Part shown: positions 22,851 through 33,700 of the stretch, one piece after another
How positions within the stretch are numbered: the stretch's first letter is position 1
Layout: each line of letters starts with the position of its first letter
Assembly (NCBI RefSeq): GCF_037042905.1
Contig: NC_087245.1
Location: forward strand, 8,246,001 to 8,310,000
Source of the DNA: Lytechinus pictus
Taxonomy: Eukaryota
DNA length: 64,000 nucleotides
Direction of reading: 5' to 3'
Position numbers and translations under genes: made by a program
Notes under the pieces: generated by a model
What the model was told of the DNA's origin: nothing
Seen by the model: the letters and a program-made list of their open reading frames with translations, nothing else
The model's database searches: none

Positions 22851-25800
22851 TCAGCTTGGTAAGTCTCTTTGAATAATGTATCCATCTTTTCTTATTGCAT
22901 GGTGAATACTGATGTACTGTGCAGCTTTGGTTGTCATGGATACAATATAATCTTGACAGAGTTCTTCTCTGGTGATTGGTTTAGAGATATGCTTCACTGT
23001 TTGGTTGTAGTCAATGTGATTCAGGAATCCTACTACAAAGTCAAAACAATTATTGATCCCTTCATGGTATCTGTGATATAGGTGAGAAAGAAAGAAAAAG
23101 AATATAACAGTAGTTACAACAGAATTCCAGAGGCATGGGACGGGTGGCACTGCCATTAAAAGGTGGACACTATGCTGGGACACAAAAGCCCCACAAACAG
23201 AGGCATGGGACAGGTGGCACTGCCATTAAAAGGTGGACACTATGCTGGGACACAAAAGCCCCACAAACAGACCTGGGCCATGTATGCATGTACAGAAAAA
23301 AAAGATAATCAAAATTGCTGTAATCAGGAATAAAGTGTATACTATCAAACCCTATCATGAACAGTGAAATAATGAAGCTATTATGTAGGGTGCAATGCAA
23401 GGATGATTACTTGTTGTTTAGGGTCCTTTTTGAAGGACCATGTACGAGCATGATGTCCACCTTGTAATAACAGAGGCCCCCGGGTAGTATTAAAATGAAG
23501 ATTGAAGATAAGAAGGGTAGATTGCATGGGAAAGTAGGTGATAAGTGAAGATACAGTACTAATATGTACATAAAAGTTTCCATACAAAAGAAAGATGTAG
23601 TGACAAATGTAATAAGATATGCATGAGAGAGAGAGAGAGAGAGAGTGAATGGGGAGGAGGGGGATAGAGATGGAGAAGTAGTGGTAAAATGAGGACATAC
23701 ATGGAAAGATCTTTGAAAATAAAAGCAGTTTGGTGGTCTTGAAAAAGAAAACCCACATTTCTGTGTAGCTGAGAGTCATTGCATAAGATTTAAAAATTTT
23801 GATTTTAAAATGTCTGAAGAAAAAAAAAACTAGAAGAAAAAACAACTAGGAATTTATATGACTCAATTTATATATAGCATCTCAAGACCAGGCCCACCCC
23901 CACAAAACAATGACTTGAATGGAGAAAAATTAAACCAAGTTGGATGTAGAAGAATAAGGTAATACTTAGTTTTACAAAACTGCTAGATGCATATCCTGAT
24001 TGGTATGTTGGTATGCAAATGAGAGAACCAATGATGTCGCCAAGACGCCAATTCATTATTTCTTTTGTATTTTATTATATTGAATATACTTTTTCCTCAA
24101 TGTGAAACAAGGCCTACAAGAATAGAACATGATTCAATGTTATATAATTAACTGCAAAAGAAATAATGAGTGTGGGACATCAATGACTCTCATTCATACA
24201 CCACCGATGTCATAAATGTTTTGTGTAAGTAAGCAAAATATTAAAATCTGATTTGTTTAAGTTTTCAGTGTTTGCTAGTTTGATTTGTCTATATGTATTC
24301 AAATTTACTGTATTGGGTAAATTTGACATTTAACTACAAGAGAGAACCTCCAAACAAACGCATATATTTACTATTAATACCTCTCTCGTGTCCATCCAGA
24401 TGACATAGAAAATTGATGAAGCTCTGTATCCCATTCTTGCTTCATCTCGTAGTCATGGCAACCAAGTAATGGAATAACCACACACTGTTCCCATGATGAG
24501 GTATCTTGGTGAATACCATTATCATCATAGTTGTAAACCACACCTATGAATAATTAACAAATTGTATGTATAACTTACAAAATGAACAAACAAGCTCATA
24601 TATATGAATAAATGATAAAATAAACAAGACATGTATAAACATGAAGTATGCACAGAGGTCAAGGGCTGACCAACTCAGAAAGTTCCAAAACAAACTTTTA
24701 TGAGGTAAAGTTATTTTGAGCAATGTAGGCCTATGTGATATCTATCCTCCAATATTTTGTATCTATTTTCCTTCATTATATTTTGCTCATAAGTCAATAA
24801 ATGTTGATAAATAAAGTCATATTGACATGTAATCCCCAACTCAACCAAAATTCAAACTGATTTTCAGTTGAAGCAGTGTTTTTGGTTCGAAATGTCACCA
24901 GTCAATCCTAAAGGGCTAGTTTTGACAGAATTGTAATGATTTGATATATATTCTTTCATACCGGGTATTCATTTTTTCACTTTGATATCTCACAAAATCA
25001 TTAATTTGAAAAACAGGATTAGCTAATATTGCATCATATTTGTCGAAAACACTTAACAATGAGCAGGATATTTGTATGCTAACTTTGTAAGTAAATTAAT
25101 GAATCCATTACTATTCACTTGAGCTCTTATCTGTTTTTCTCTTGTCATTGTTGCAAATTAAGGAGAGTCATAATATTACATTACCGACAGATAAGCATTA
25201 ATACTGCATTACTCAAAAGTAATGGAAAAAATGTTTTTGATAACTCATCTTAAGCTGACAATCTGTTTTCAGAATTTATCCTTAACAAAAAAAGTTCAAT
25301 GATGTTTCGGGGCAATATCTCATACTTATTACATTTCATTTCATTTTAGCTCACATACCGGGTACTTTTTTTGTATTCAACCTTGGAACACTTTCTCATT
25401 ATAGTATACCCAATATATGTGCGTTATTTTTCCAGATACAGAATGTAAAAATAAACATTTTATCAATTGACAGAAACATTGTTTTTTGACAAGATGTTTT
25501 TTGTGTGTGAAATCTTTAGGTTAATACAAATTTATATACAATTGTGGTATAACTTTAGGTTATATGGAAAGCCAACATGATTATATACAAGCTATATACC
25601 TTTGGAATTGGATATCCCTGCATGCAAGAAATGACCTGGCATATATGTTCTGGAATAAAAGGAATGTAAATTTACTTTATGATTGATAAAAAAACACATA
25701 AAAAGGAAACATATAAATATGCATATTATCAGATCACTGAACTGTATATGGAATCTTTATTGCTGGTTCAAATACTGTCCCCAAAAGGAGAAAAGAAACT

Positions 25801-27974
25801 GCCTACTAAAATATGCTTTGAAATATTTTCTCCTGTAAAGCGTTTCCCTCTGCATTCCTGATAAAAACAGAAAACATTTTTTGAATTTTTTTATTTTTTG
25901 TATTTATTTATTTTTTATTTATTTACAATTATTAATATTATCATATATATATATATTTTATTAACAAATTTTTTTTTTGGGGGAACTAACCACACTCTAG
26001 GCTATGAACAAATATGGTGAAAGAAACTTATATGGTCTTGAATGAGATTATATTCTTTGAATTAAGATTCTCCCAAAATTGCGCAAATAATGCAGCACTA
26101 TACCTTCTTTTTACTGAATTGATTTAAGTATACAAAGAGTTTTATAAAAATTACCACAAATTATGCTGGCGCAAATATTCACTACCGGTTCTGAATGACA
26201 CGCGCCGTATGAGCTAAAACAACAGACAGAATTAAAGGGCAAGTCTACTTTAACAAAAAGTGGATTTGAATAAAATAATTTATTTGAATAAAAAGAGAAT
26301 GAAATCAGGATAATGCTGAAAATTTAATAATGACCGATGTCATCTCCCCTCATTTGCATTACGGATTTGCATACTGATCAGGATATACTGTGTTCATATA
26401 TTTAGTAAAATTAGGCAAAAGTTTAAAATGTCACAATTTCATTACATCTTATTTTTATGGTCAGCATAATGCAAGGTGGCATTATGCTAGTTAGAGTTTT
26501 CTCTTTTCATTCAAACAAACTATTTTGGTTGGGTGGACTTGCCCTTTAAGTTATAGACTTACTGCAGAAATGAACCATAGGTTGGCTTAATGGCAAGGCA
26601 GTGTGGTTTGGTTACAGCATTCATGAACAATGAGGGCAGCCTAACAGGAGGCAAAGGAAATTCAGCTCTCCCATTATCAAGACGAATTCTGCATGCAGGA
26701 GATAAAAAAAACATAATGATAGGAAATAAATTTCCAATAGCAATGTTTGTACTTAAAATGAAAATCAAGTAGATTTTAAAGTGGGCATATTTTGGGGTTT
26801 TCACATTTTTTCTGCCATGAGAATGCTGCTAAATGGCCCCACAGCTTAAAATGAACAGTGACCCTTGCCAATTATGTATTTATTCCAAGACTGTTTTACA
26901 TTTTCATTCTAAACAAATAGTTAAATGAAATTATCATGGGATTTGAACTCAATGTCATCCTGTGCTCAGGTTCAAACATCAGAGGCCCAAATCTCTTGAT
27001 AGTGTTATTCTACCTCCTCTCAATTTTGTGAACTTCAAAGTCCATACACCAAAATACTCAGCTGTATCAATTTTTTTCATGTTTGACCTCTAGAAAAACG
27101 AAATTAAAGAATTTTTTGCAAAGTAAAATGAAAATGAAGTTATTATAACATAATTTTACCTGTTGAACATACTTAAATACAACACATTGTCACTGATATA
27201 CACTACCAGGCTACCAGTCACAATTCTTTGACTCACTATTACCAGTTAAAACCAGAGAACAATATAGATTTGGTCCACTGAAACAATTGTTCTCTGGTTT
27301 TAACAGGTAATAGTGAGTTAAAGAATTGTGACTGGTAGTCTATAAGCAGTGATTGTATCATTTGTTACTGTTTTACAACCAGGCAGCTGGCAGAATGAAA
27401 GAAAAATATTATACATACGTACTATTATCAAAGAATCATTTCATTCGAAAGTGATAACACAAAATATAGCCAAATGTAAAGGCAGGGGAAAATTATTGAG
27501 GCTGAGTAAAACACAAGGATGCATAGCAACTAAGTAGATAAAATTCAAAGAGAGTTAGATTCATTATATTAGGGCCTAGATGTGAAAGGCTAGGTTTTGA
27601 ACAGGGGTTAGTGAAGATCAACAATTGTTCTTATCACATGATTACCCAAGAAATATTCGGGTATCTATTAACCTCTTCATAAAAAATGTAAGTGCTGATT
27701 CTTGATTTCCTTCAATCAGAGGATCAAATCTCAAACATATGGTGTAAACTTCCTAAGGCAATTAGAAATCCATCTATATTGTATTTCACCGGACCAATAG
27801 GAATAGATCTCTAAATAGGTACCTAGCAATATTCATTTCCTATGAGAAAAAAAAATACCTGCAAATTGGGCAGACTTGTAAAACCTCATTGAAACAGAGA
27901 ATGTGATTGATTGGATCACAATGCCGGAAGGTGATGATCGGTGGATTGGTGTATGGTGAAGACATGATCGTCAT
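22851..27974 (-). CDS. MKRN2OS: MKRN2 opposite strand protein (C3orf83/DUF4796) homologue, 224 aa
   Basis: Coding exons 27974-27859, 26688-26563, 25649-25600, 24543-24381 and 23070-22851 (675 nt, GT-AG, in frame). Protein: MTIMSSPYTNPPIITFRHCDP...VCPICR...PPVRLPSLFMNA...AIKPTYGSFLQTYMPGHFLHAGISNSKGVVYNYDDNGIH...WEQCVVIPLL...WDTELHQFS...WTRERYHEGINNCFDFVVGFLN...AAQYISIHHAIRKDGY. Collinear with human MKRN2OS as recalled (LHVGITNTNGVVYNY, RYEDNHHNCYSY). Confidence 0.9.
23128..23271. repeat. 70-bp tandem duplication (2 copies, 1 mismatch) in the last intron of MKRN2OS
   Basis: CAGAGGCATGGGAC(G/A)GGTGGCACTGCCATTAAAAGGTGGACACTATGCTGGGACACAAAAGCCCCACAAA occurs at 23128 and 23198. Confidence 0.95.
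23625..23645. repeat. (GA)n microsatellite
   Basis: About 10 GA units. Confidence 0.9.
26232..26549. mobile_element. Kolobok-like MITE with both ends and TTAA TSD
   Basis: TTAA-AGGGCAAGTCTAC ... GTGGACTTGCCCT-TTAA. Same family as 7468 and 15008. Confidence 0.8.
27208..27341. repeat. Near-perfect inverted repeat (~56-bp stem, ~22-nt loop)
   Basis: AGGCTACCAGTCACAATTCTTTGACTCACTATTACCAGTTAAAACCAGAGAACAAT pairs with ATTGTTCTCTGGTTTTAACAGGTAATAGTGAGTTAAAGAATTGTGACTGGTAGTCT, with 3 non-Watson-Crick positions. Confidence 0.9.
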
Positions 27975-28325
27975 GGCCGCCTGCCCCTGGGCCTAGATAA
28001 TGAAAAAAAAATATTCACAACATGAACAGACATTGGCGATATGTATACTACCTATATAATTCAGTAAATTAATTAACAACAAAAAATCAAATCATAGCTA
28101 CAAATAGTGCATCAATCCATCCAACCAAGTTCCAAGCCATTGCAAATTCACACCAATGTCATCATCTAATCTACCTAAAATACAATATCTATAAATATAA
28201 CAAGTTTACTATCATTTCAGCCAATGATATCGAATGATTTGACAGTTTCTTTTAATTAAACTCTTCGTTATTATATTAGATATAAGTCGAAACAATCCCC
28301 TGGTATGTAGTGTATATATATATAC

Positions 28326-28900
28326 CTACTTATGTTTACAGCTAAAATGTGCAAGTGCTAGCGGTGCTGATCTGTAGCTGTAACTGTGCACTGCAAACTT
28401 CTTGCTTGGTATTTCTTGTCCCGTATATCACCGATGCTGACTTTGTTTACATTGGGAGGCGCTGCGGGGTCACGTAATCCATTTTCTCACAGAGTTCGCA
28501 TAACCTTTGACCCATTACTCATAGCCTCTGAATTCGAAGCGTCTGTAACAACGGCCGACTGACTTTGAAAATGCCGATAATTCAGGTACCGTACCATACT
28601 TCATTCTAAATGTCACTGTATGGAATTGATGTGGAGTGTTTTGATATGAGTTATAGAAACATTAGGCTCTCCAAACATTATTTAGATCTAGTCCATATTT
28701 TATTTAATATTTGGCATGAAATTGTGAATTGGTACCAGTGACCGAGTACGAGTCGGAGACGACGACTGCGACCGCTCTCTCAATTGCACGCCAACTCTAG
28801 CGCCGCTCCGCGCGGCCGGAGCAAGGGCACGGGCCCCGGGTTTTCATCTGGTTTTTCGCGACTCTGCGCGCGTGTACCGGTACTGCCCCGTCTAACTTAT
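28326..28900. promoter_or_regulatory. Probable bidirectional promoter of MKRN2OS (-) and EYS (+)
   Basis: The only CpG-rich patch between the two divergent start codons. Candidate minus-strand donor at 28326/28325 and plus-strand donor CAG|GTACCG at 28585/28586. Motifs TGTTTAC (28333, 28444), GTCACGT (28469) and CCATTTT (28479). Confidence 0.55.
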
Positions 28901-30750
28901 GCCCTTAAAGGCCTTATACTATAATATTTGGCTTTGCATTTCGATCCCAAAATAATAAATTAGCCCAAGGCAGCCTAGCTAAGTCGTTAGGCTTGGACTT
29001 GGACATGTTGTTCTCAGTCTTGAGTCTAGTATTTATTAGGCCTAGTAATAATCTATTTTTTGATCTACTTCTTGGACTTGGCCATATTTTAATGTTAATG
29101 ATATTAATAGTAATAAATCGCATTAATGTTGTAGAACATTGCTACCATACTGGTAACTGTTACTTTAGTGTTAGACTACATCTCTTTCATAGCAGATAAT
29201 TCATTTTCTGTAAACAATACATGTCATGGTAAATGGACAGACAGAAAATAACATAAATTTTCAAAAAATTATCTGCTGCTGAAGTGTATGGCAAGTTCCC
29301 CCAAGACAAGTCTGCGCAGTCCCCCTTGTCTGCGTAAACGTGTATCTGCGCTATAGTAGTAAAAGAAGACAAACACAAACTATACAGTATGCACATGCAA
29401 TACAGATATTCATTAAAAAATCTGACTCAAAATGGTGGAAAAATAATGAAATTTGTGCATTTCATGTGACGGCCTGAAAATGCAGCCTTTTTATTCCCAG
29501 ATGCAAAGTGGATGGGTGCGCAGACATGGGGCACTATTTTTTTGTTCAATCTGAAAATGACTGCCCGAGGTTTTTCCAAGAAAATCATATATTTCTTTCA
29601 AATTTTTATGAGATATTAAGGAACATTATCAAGTGAAAGAATTTGTGAAATGAAAAGAAATTCATGTTAAATCTTCATTTAAATCGTTAGGTGCACAGAC
29701 TTGGGGAGCACCATCATAAGTGAATATTATTTTGAAATTGAATATTTCTTAGGGGAAGTTCACCATGACAAAACGTTTTTTTTTTGTAAAATAGCAGAAA
29801 AATAATATTATCAGAAAAGGTTCGAGAAAAATTCATCAAAGATATAAAAAGTTATCAAAATTTGAAGTTTTGGGAAGATGTTTTTGGTATGGATTAAAAA
29901 TAAAGAATAAGATACTATACTAAGAAATGATAATCCATACAGTTGATGGCTCTTTTTACTTTCTGTGTCACTTTGGGGGATTATGAATTACATGTTTGTC
30001 TTGAAAAAGAAATATGTTAGTAGTTGAGTATTTGAGAAAAGTAAGAAAAAAATGGTATGAACACACCTAAAAATTTATTAATGGATGGATTTTTTTCTTT
30101 AGGTAAGGTCTAATATCGTAGATCTATCTATTGTTATGGAAGATTGTCTTTGTGAGAAAATTAATTACAAGCACAAGTTACAAGTAAACCTTCAGTAGAA
30201 AAAAATGAAATGACAGTATTACTTTTTATTTAAGATGAGATTGTACTTGTTAGTTGTTACAGCCATATAATGTCTTGTCTGCCTACATGTACATTGGCTT
30301 AGACAGCTGGACTCATCATTAACATTAATGACTGTGCACTCATCTTTAAGCCACCTGTTCCTTCTATTATTGTACCCACTTTTATAATGCAGAGTGTGTA
30401 TTGCACAATGAATATGGACCCTGTCAATGCAAAAGCATGAAACCTCTGGTCTTATTTAAAAAGAAACCATTTAGTATCAGGTAGGGGGAGAATGAGGGAA
30501 TTCTTTCAAAAATGTACATTCAGTTCACATTGACAGCATACTAGCAATGCTGATCACAGCAATTCATTGCTATGGTTGATATTTTTGATCATATTTTATT
30601 TCATTTTCATAGATGTTTACAATTGATTATTTGTGTTTTACAGAACTTCAACTTTCTTTGGAGACAAATGGCTGTAAAATATTGACATTCACTGTTGAAG
30701 ATACTGAATGGACCAAGTCATGAGAGTTGCTACACTTAATATCCTCAATC

Positions 30751-33700
30751 ATGGCTCCAATAAACTTCAAAAGGTTAGAGAAGAGATCAAGATTACAAGT
30801 ACATGTATGTCAGCAACTTGGCAGTGTCTTCCAAAACTTAATCATATTGATATTGCTCGTTCATGCAAGCACAGGACAGTTCTGCCAAAGGAGTAGCCTT
30901 GTCACCTGGCACACAAACACAGAAATTGTCAACATCTCCTGGTCCTTGGAAAATGTGTGTGATTCATATGAGGATTGCTATGGTTCAACTGAAACAGGAG
31001 TCAGTGGACCAATTGACCACCAGCTCTGTCCAGTTGAGATCCAGGACAATGATCGACTGGTGATCCTACCACCGGCCATATCATCCCAGAGTGCTCTACC
31101 CGTCAATATTAGTGAGAGTGAATTTGAAGTTTGCCCAGGTGATACTTACCCATCTTCTCAGTGGCTTGTTCCTGCCTCTTCTACGTCTCCCTTTGAGGTA
31201 GATGATGCATTCTTACAAGAAGGGCGCAACTTCTTTGCACAGTTTGACACAGGTGATGTCTTCCTGAGCTGTGAGCTTGGACTACGTGTGGTGGTGTCAG
31301 TCAAATCACATGACTGTATTATCAACCAGTCTGAACCTTTTTGCACTGGACATGGAGATTGTGTCACAGTACCTTTCAGGTAAAAGAATAAATATGTACA
31401 TATACATGTATCACATTATGTGAAATGAGAATTAGATGGTCGAAAAGTTCCGGGGGGGGGGGGTGTATCTTTTTATATGAATTCAATTATAGGGAGGTAA
31501 CCCCCCCCCTAAAAAAAAAGAAAAGAAAGAAAGTAAAAACTCTTTGCTTGAACTACACTAACGAATAATGGGAACAACAATAACTTTTTATCTGAAATAG
31601 GAGAAATATTGCATGGGTGCAGTGTGATTATCCCTTCATACAAGTTTTATTGTACTTATCTCTTTTCTGTTTGCTTTTTTATAGTCCATCCAAGGTATAC
31701 ACTTGTCAGTGTGAACCATCCTATATTGGAGAGTACTGTGAGGAATTTGATGGTTGCTATGGCAACCCTTGTCAGAATGGGGCTAGTTGCGTTGATGAAA
31801 ATGATCGTGATAATGGCAATAGCTACCGCTGTAATTGCACTACTGGCTTCACTGGTGAGTATTTGAGGAAGAAATCATTAACAAAAGTGTTGTATCTGTT
31901 TCACACAAGCTCTATTGCAAACTTATCCTGATTTACACATTGAAATATAAAAGGGTTCGTATTTTGTAAGGATATCATTACTAATTCACAAATGGAAATA
32001 TGACCCATATTTGTTTGATTACCAGATTAACACTGTATTTAAATTTGACTTGAAGTAAGACCTCAAAATATCAACTAGTCAGTAGCAAGACAAAAAGCAA
32101 AACTAAGATGCTGTGAATATTTTTTTCTTCAACCAAGGCAATATGCAGATACATATGAGCCAACGTTATGTTAGGTTTTAAAACAAACAAACAACAAACT
32201 TTTCCTTTGCTGGCATGAATCCCAGTTATGTGTTCATATGTCAAACCAATGAAAAATTGCTTTTTCTGTAAACACATTTGAGTGACTAACCCATATCGGA
32301 CTGTAATATGTCAACATTCTTAGCGTAGGTCATACATGACACGAATTGCGCTGATATCAGTAATACATTGTATTTCACCTAAAATCATGAGGAGGATGTC
32401 ACATGATCTCACAAATGAAGCTTTATTTTATAGGTGAACAATTTGACATTTGACACTATATCAGTTCAGTTTCCTACTTGTATACTTATTTGTTAAAGGT
32501 CGTTTATAGTTCTTTCTTTTCAAACTCCCAATGTTTTGCACTTCATTGTTTTGTATGATTTTTTCACTTCAAATTAATATCATGCTGGGAAGGCCTAATC
32601 CAATTCAAAAGTTTGATGCATGAACATTTGTGCTTAGTTCCATTCCATTCATATTCCATTCATATTTGATAATTATTTAGCTAACATGATAATATACATT
32701 CTGCAATTAATTGCTTATGTTAATATCAGCATTGGTTTATTCATCTTTACCATTTTGTAAATGTAAACATCTATTGTTAATTTTATTTTGTGTCATACAT
32801 GTAGGTCTCAACTGCTCTGATATTCTTGGTAGTTGTATTCCTGACCTATGTCATAATGGATCATGTGTTACTGTATCTCAAGAAGCTTTCAGATGTGATT
32901 GTGATCATGGATTTGAAGGTAAGCCCCCCTATAAAGTTTGTTTGAGGTAACAGAGGGAAAATCAGGGTGTGTCAGTCAATTTTTGTTTTCTTTTTGAGAT
33001 ATGATATGAAAAGCTCTTTTTGTCTGTGCAGTGGGGATGCTTCACATATATCATAGGGCCATGTATTATAGTGCCATGTATTATAGTGAAGGACAAGGTT
33101 CTACCTTACCTGAATGTCCTTTGCTTACAGTATATACATGTAGACAATGTTCTGCCACACAATTTGTCTTATCTTGATTTTTTTTCTTCTAAAAATGGAG
33201 GTACAAATGAAAATTAAAACATTGTTCAGTCAGCATAGTCATTTTATTTTTTCAAATTTTGATTAAAAAATAAAATTTGGTCGGTTTTACTAGGGTCAGC
33301 CATTACAGCAAACTTTTTTTTGTCCTAAGCCTGTTGCCATTATGGAGGCAGAGCATGCATAAAGTTTCCAGATGTGACTTCTGATCAATCCAGATTATCT
33401 AGCTTGGGTAGTTTGTAGGCCAAGATCAAGAACTGAACATTCCAATGACCCAATCTACAGTGAGACAATGCTCTGTTGGGCAATATCTCTCATTCCAGAT
33501 GAGTTATTGTTTTTGCTGTTGCATCCACTGCATTTGGTATTTGTTTATGAAGATGATTTACTATGAAATTTCTTGTACAATATGTGATACACTGCACTTT
33601 TCTTTTTTGCAATAACCTGGAATATGAAGAAATCACTTTTAAATTTTTCACAAATTGCTTCCTGCAAACAATGCTGCATTTTTTTTTACATAAAAGTCCT

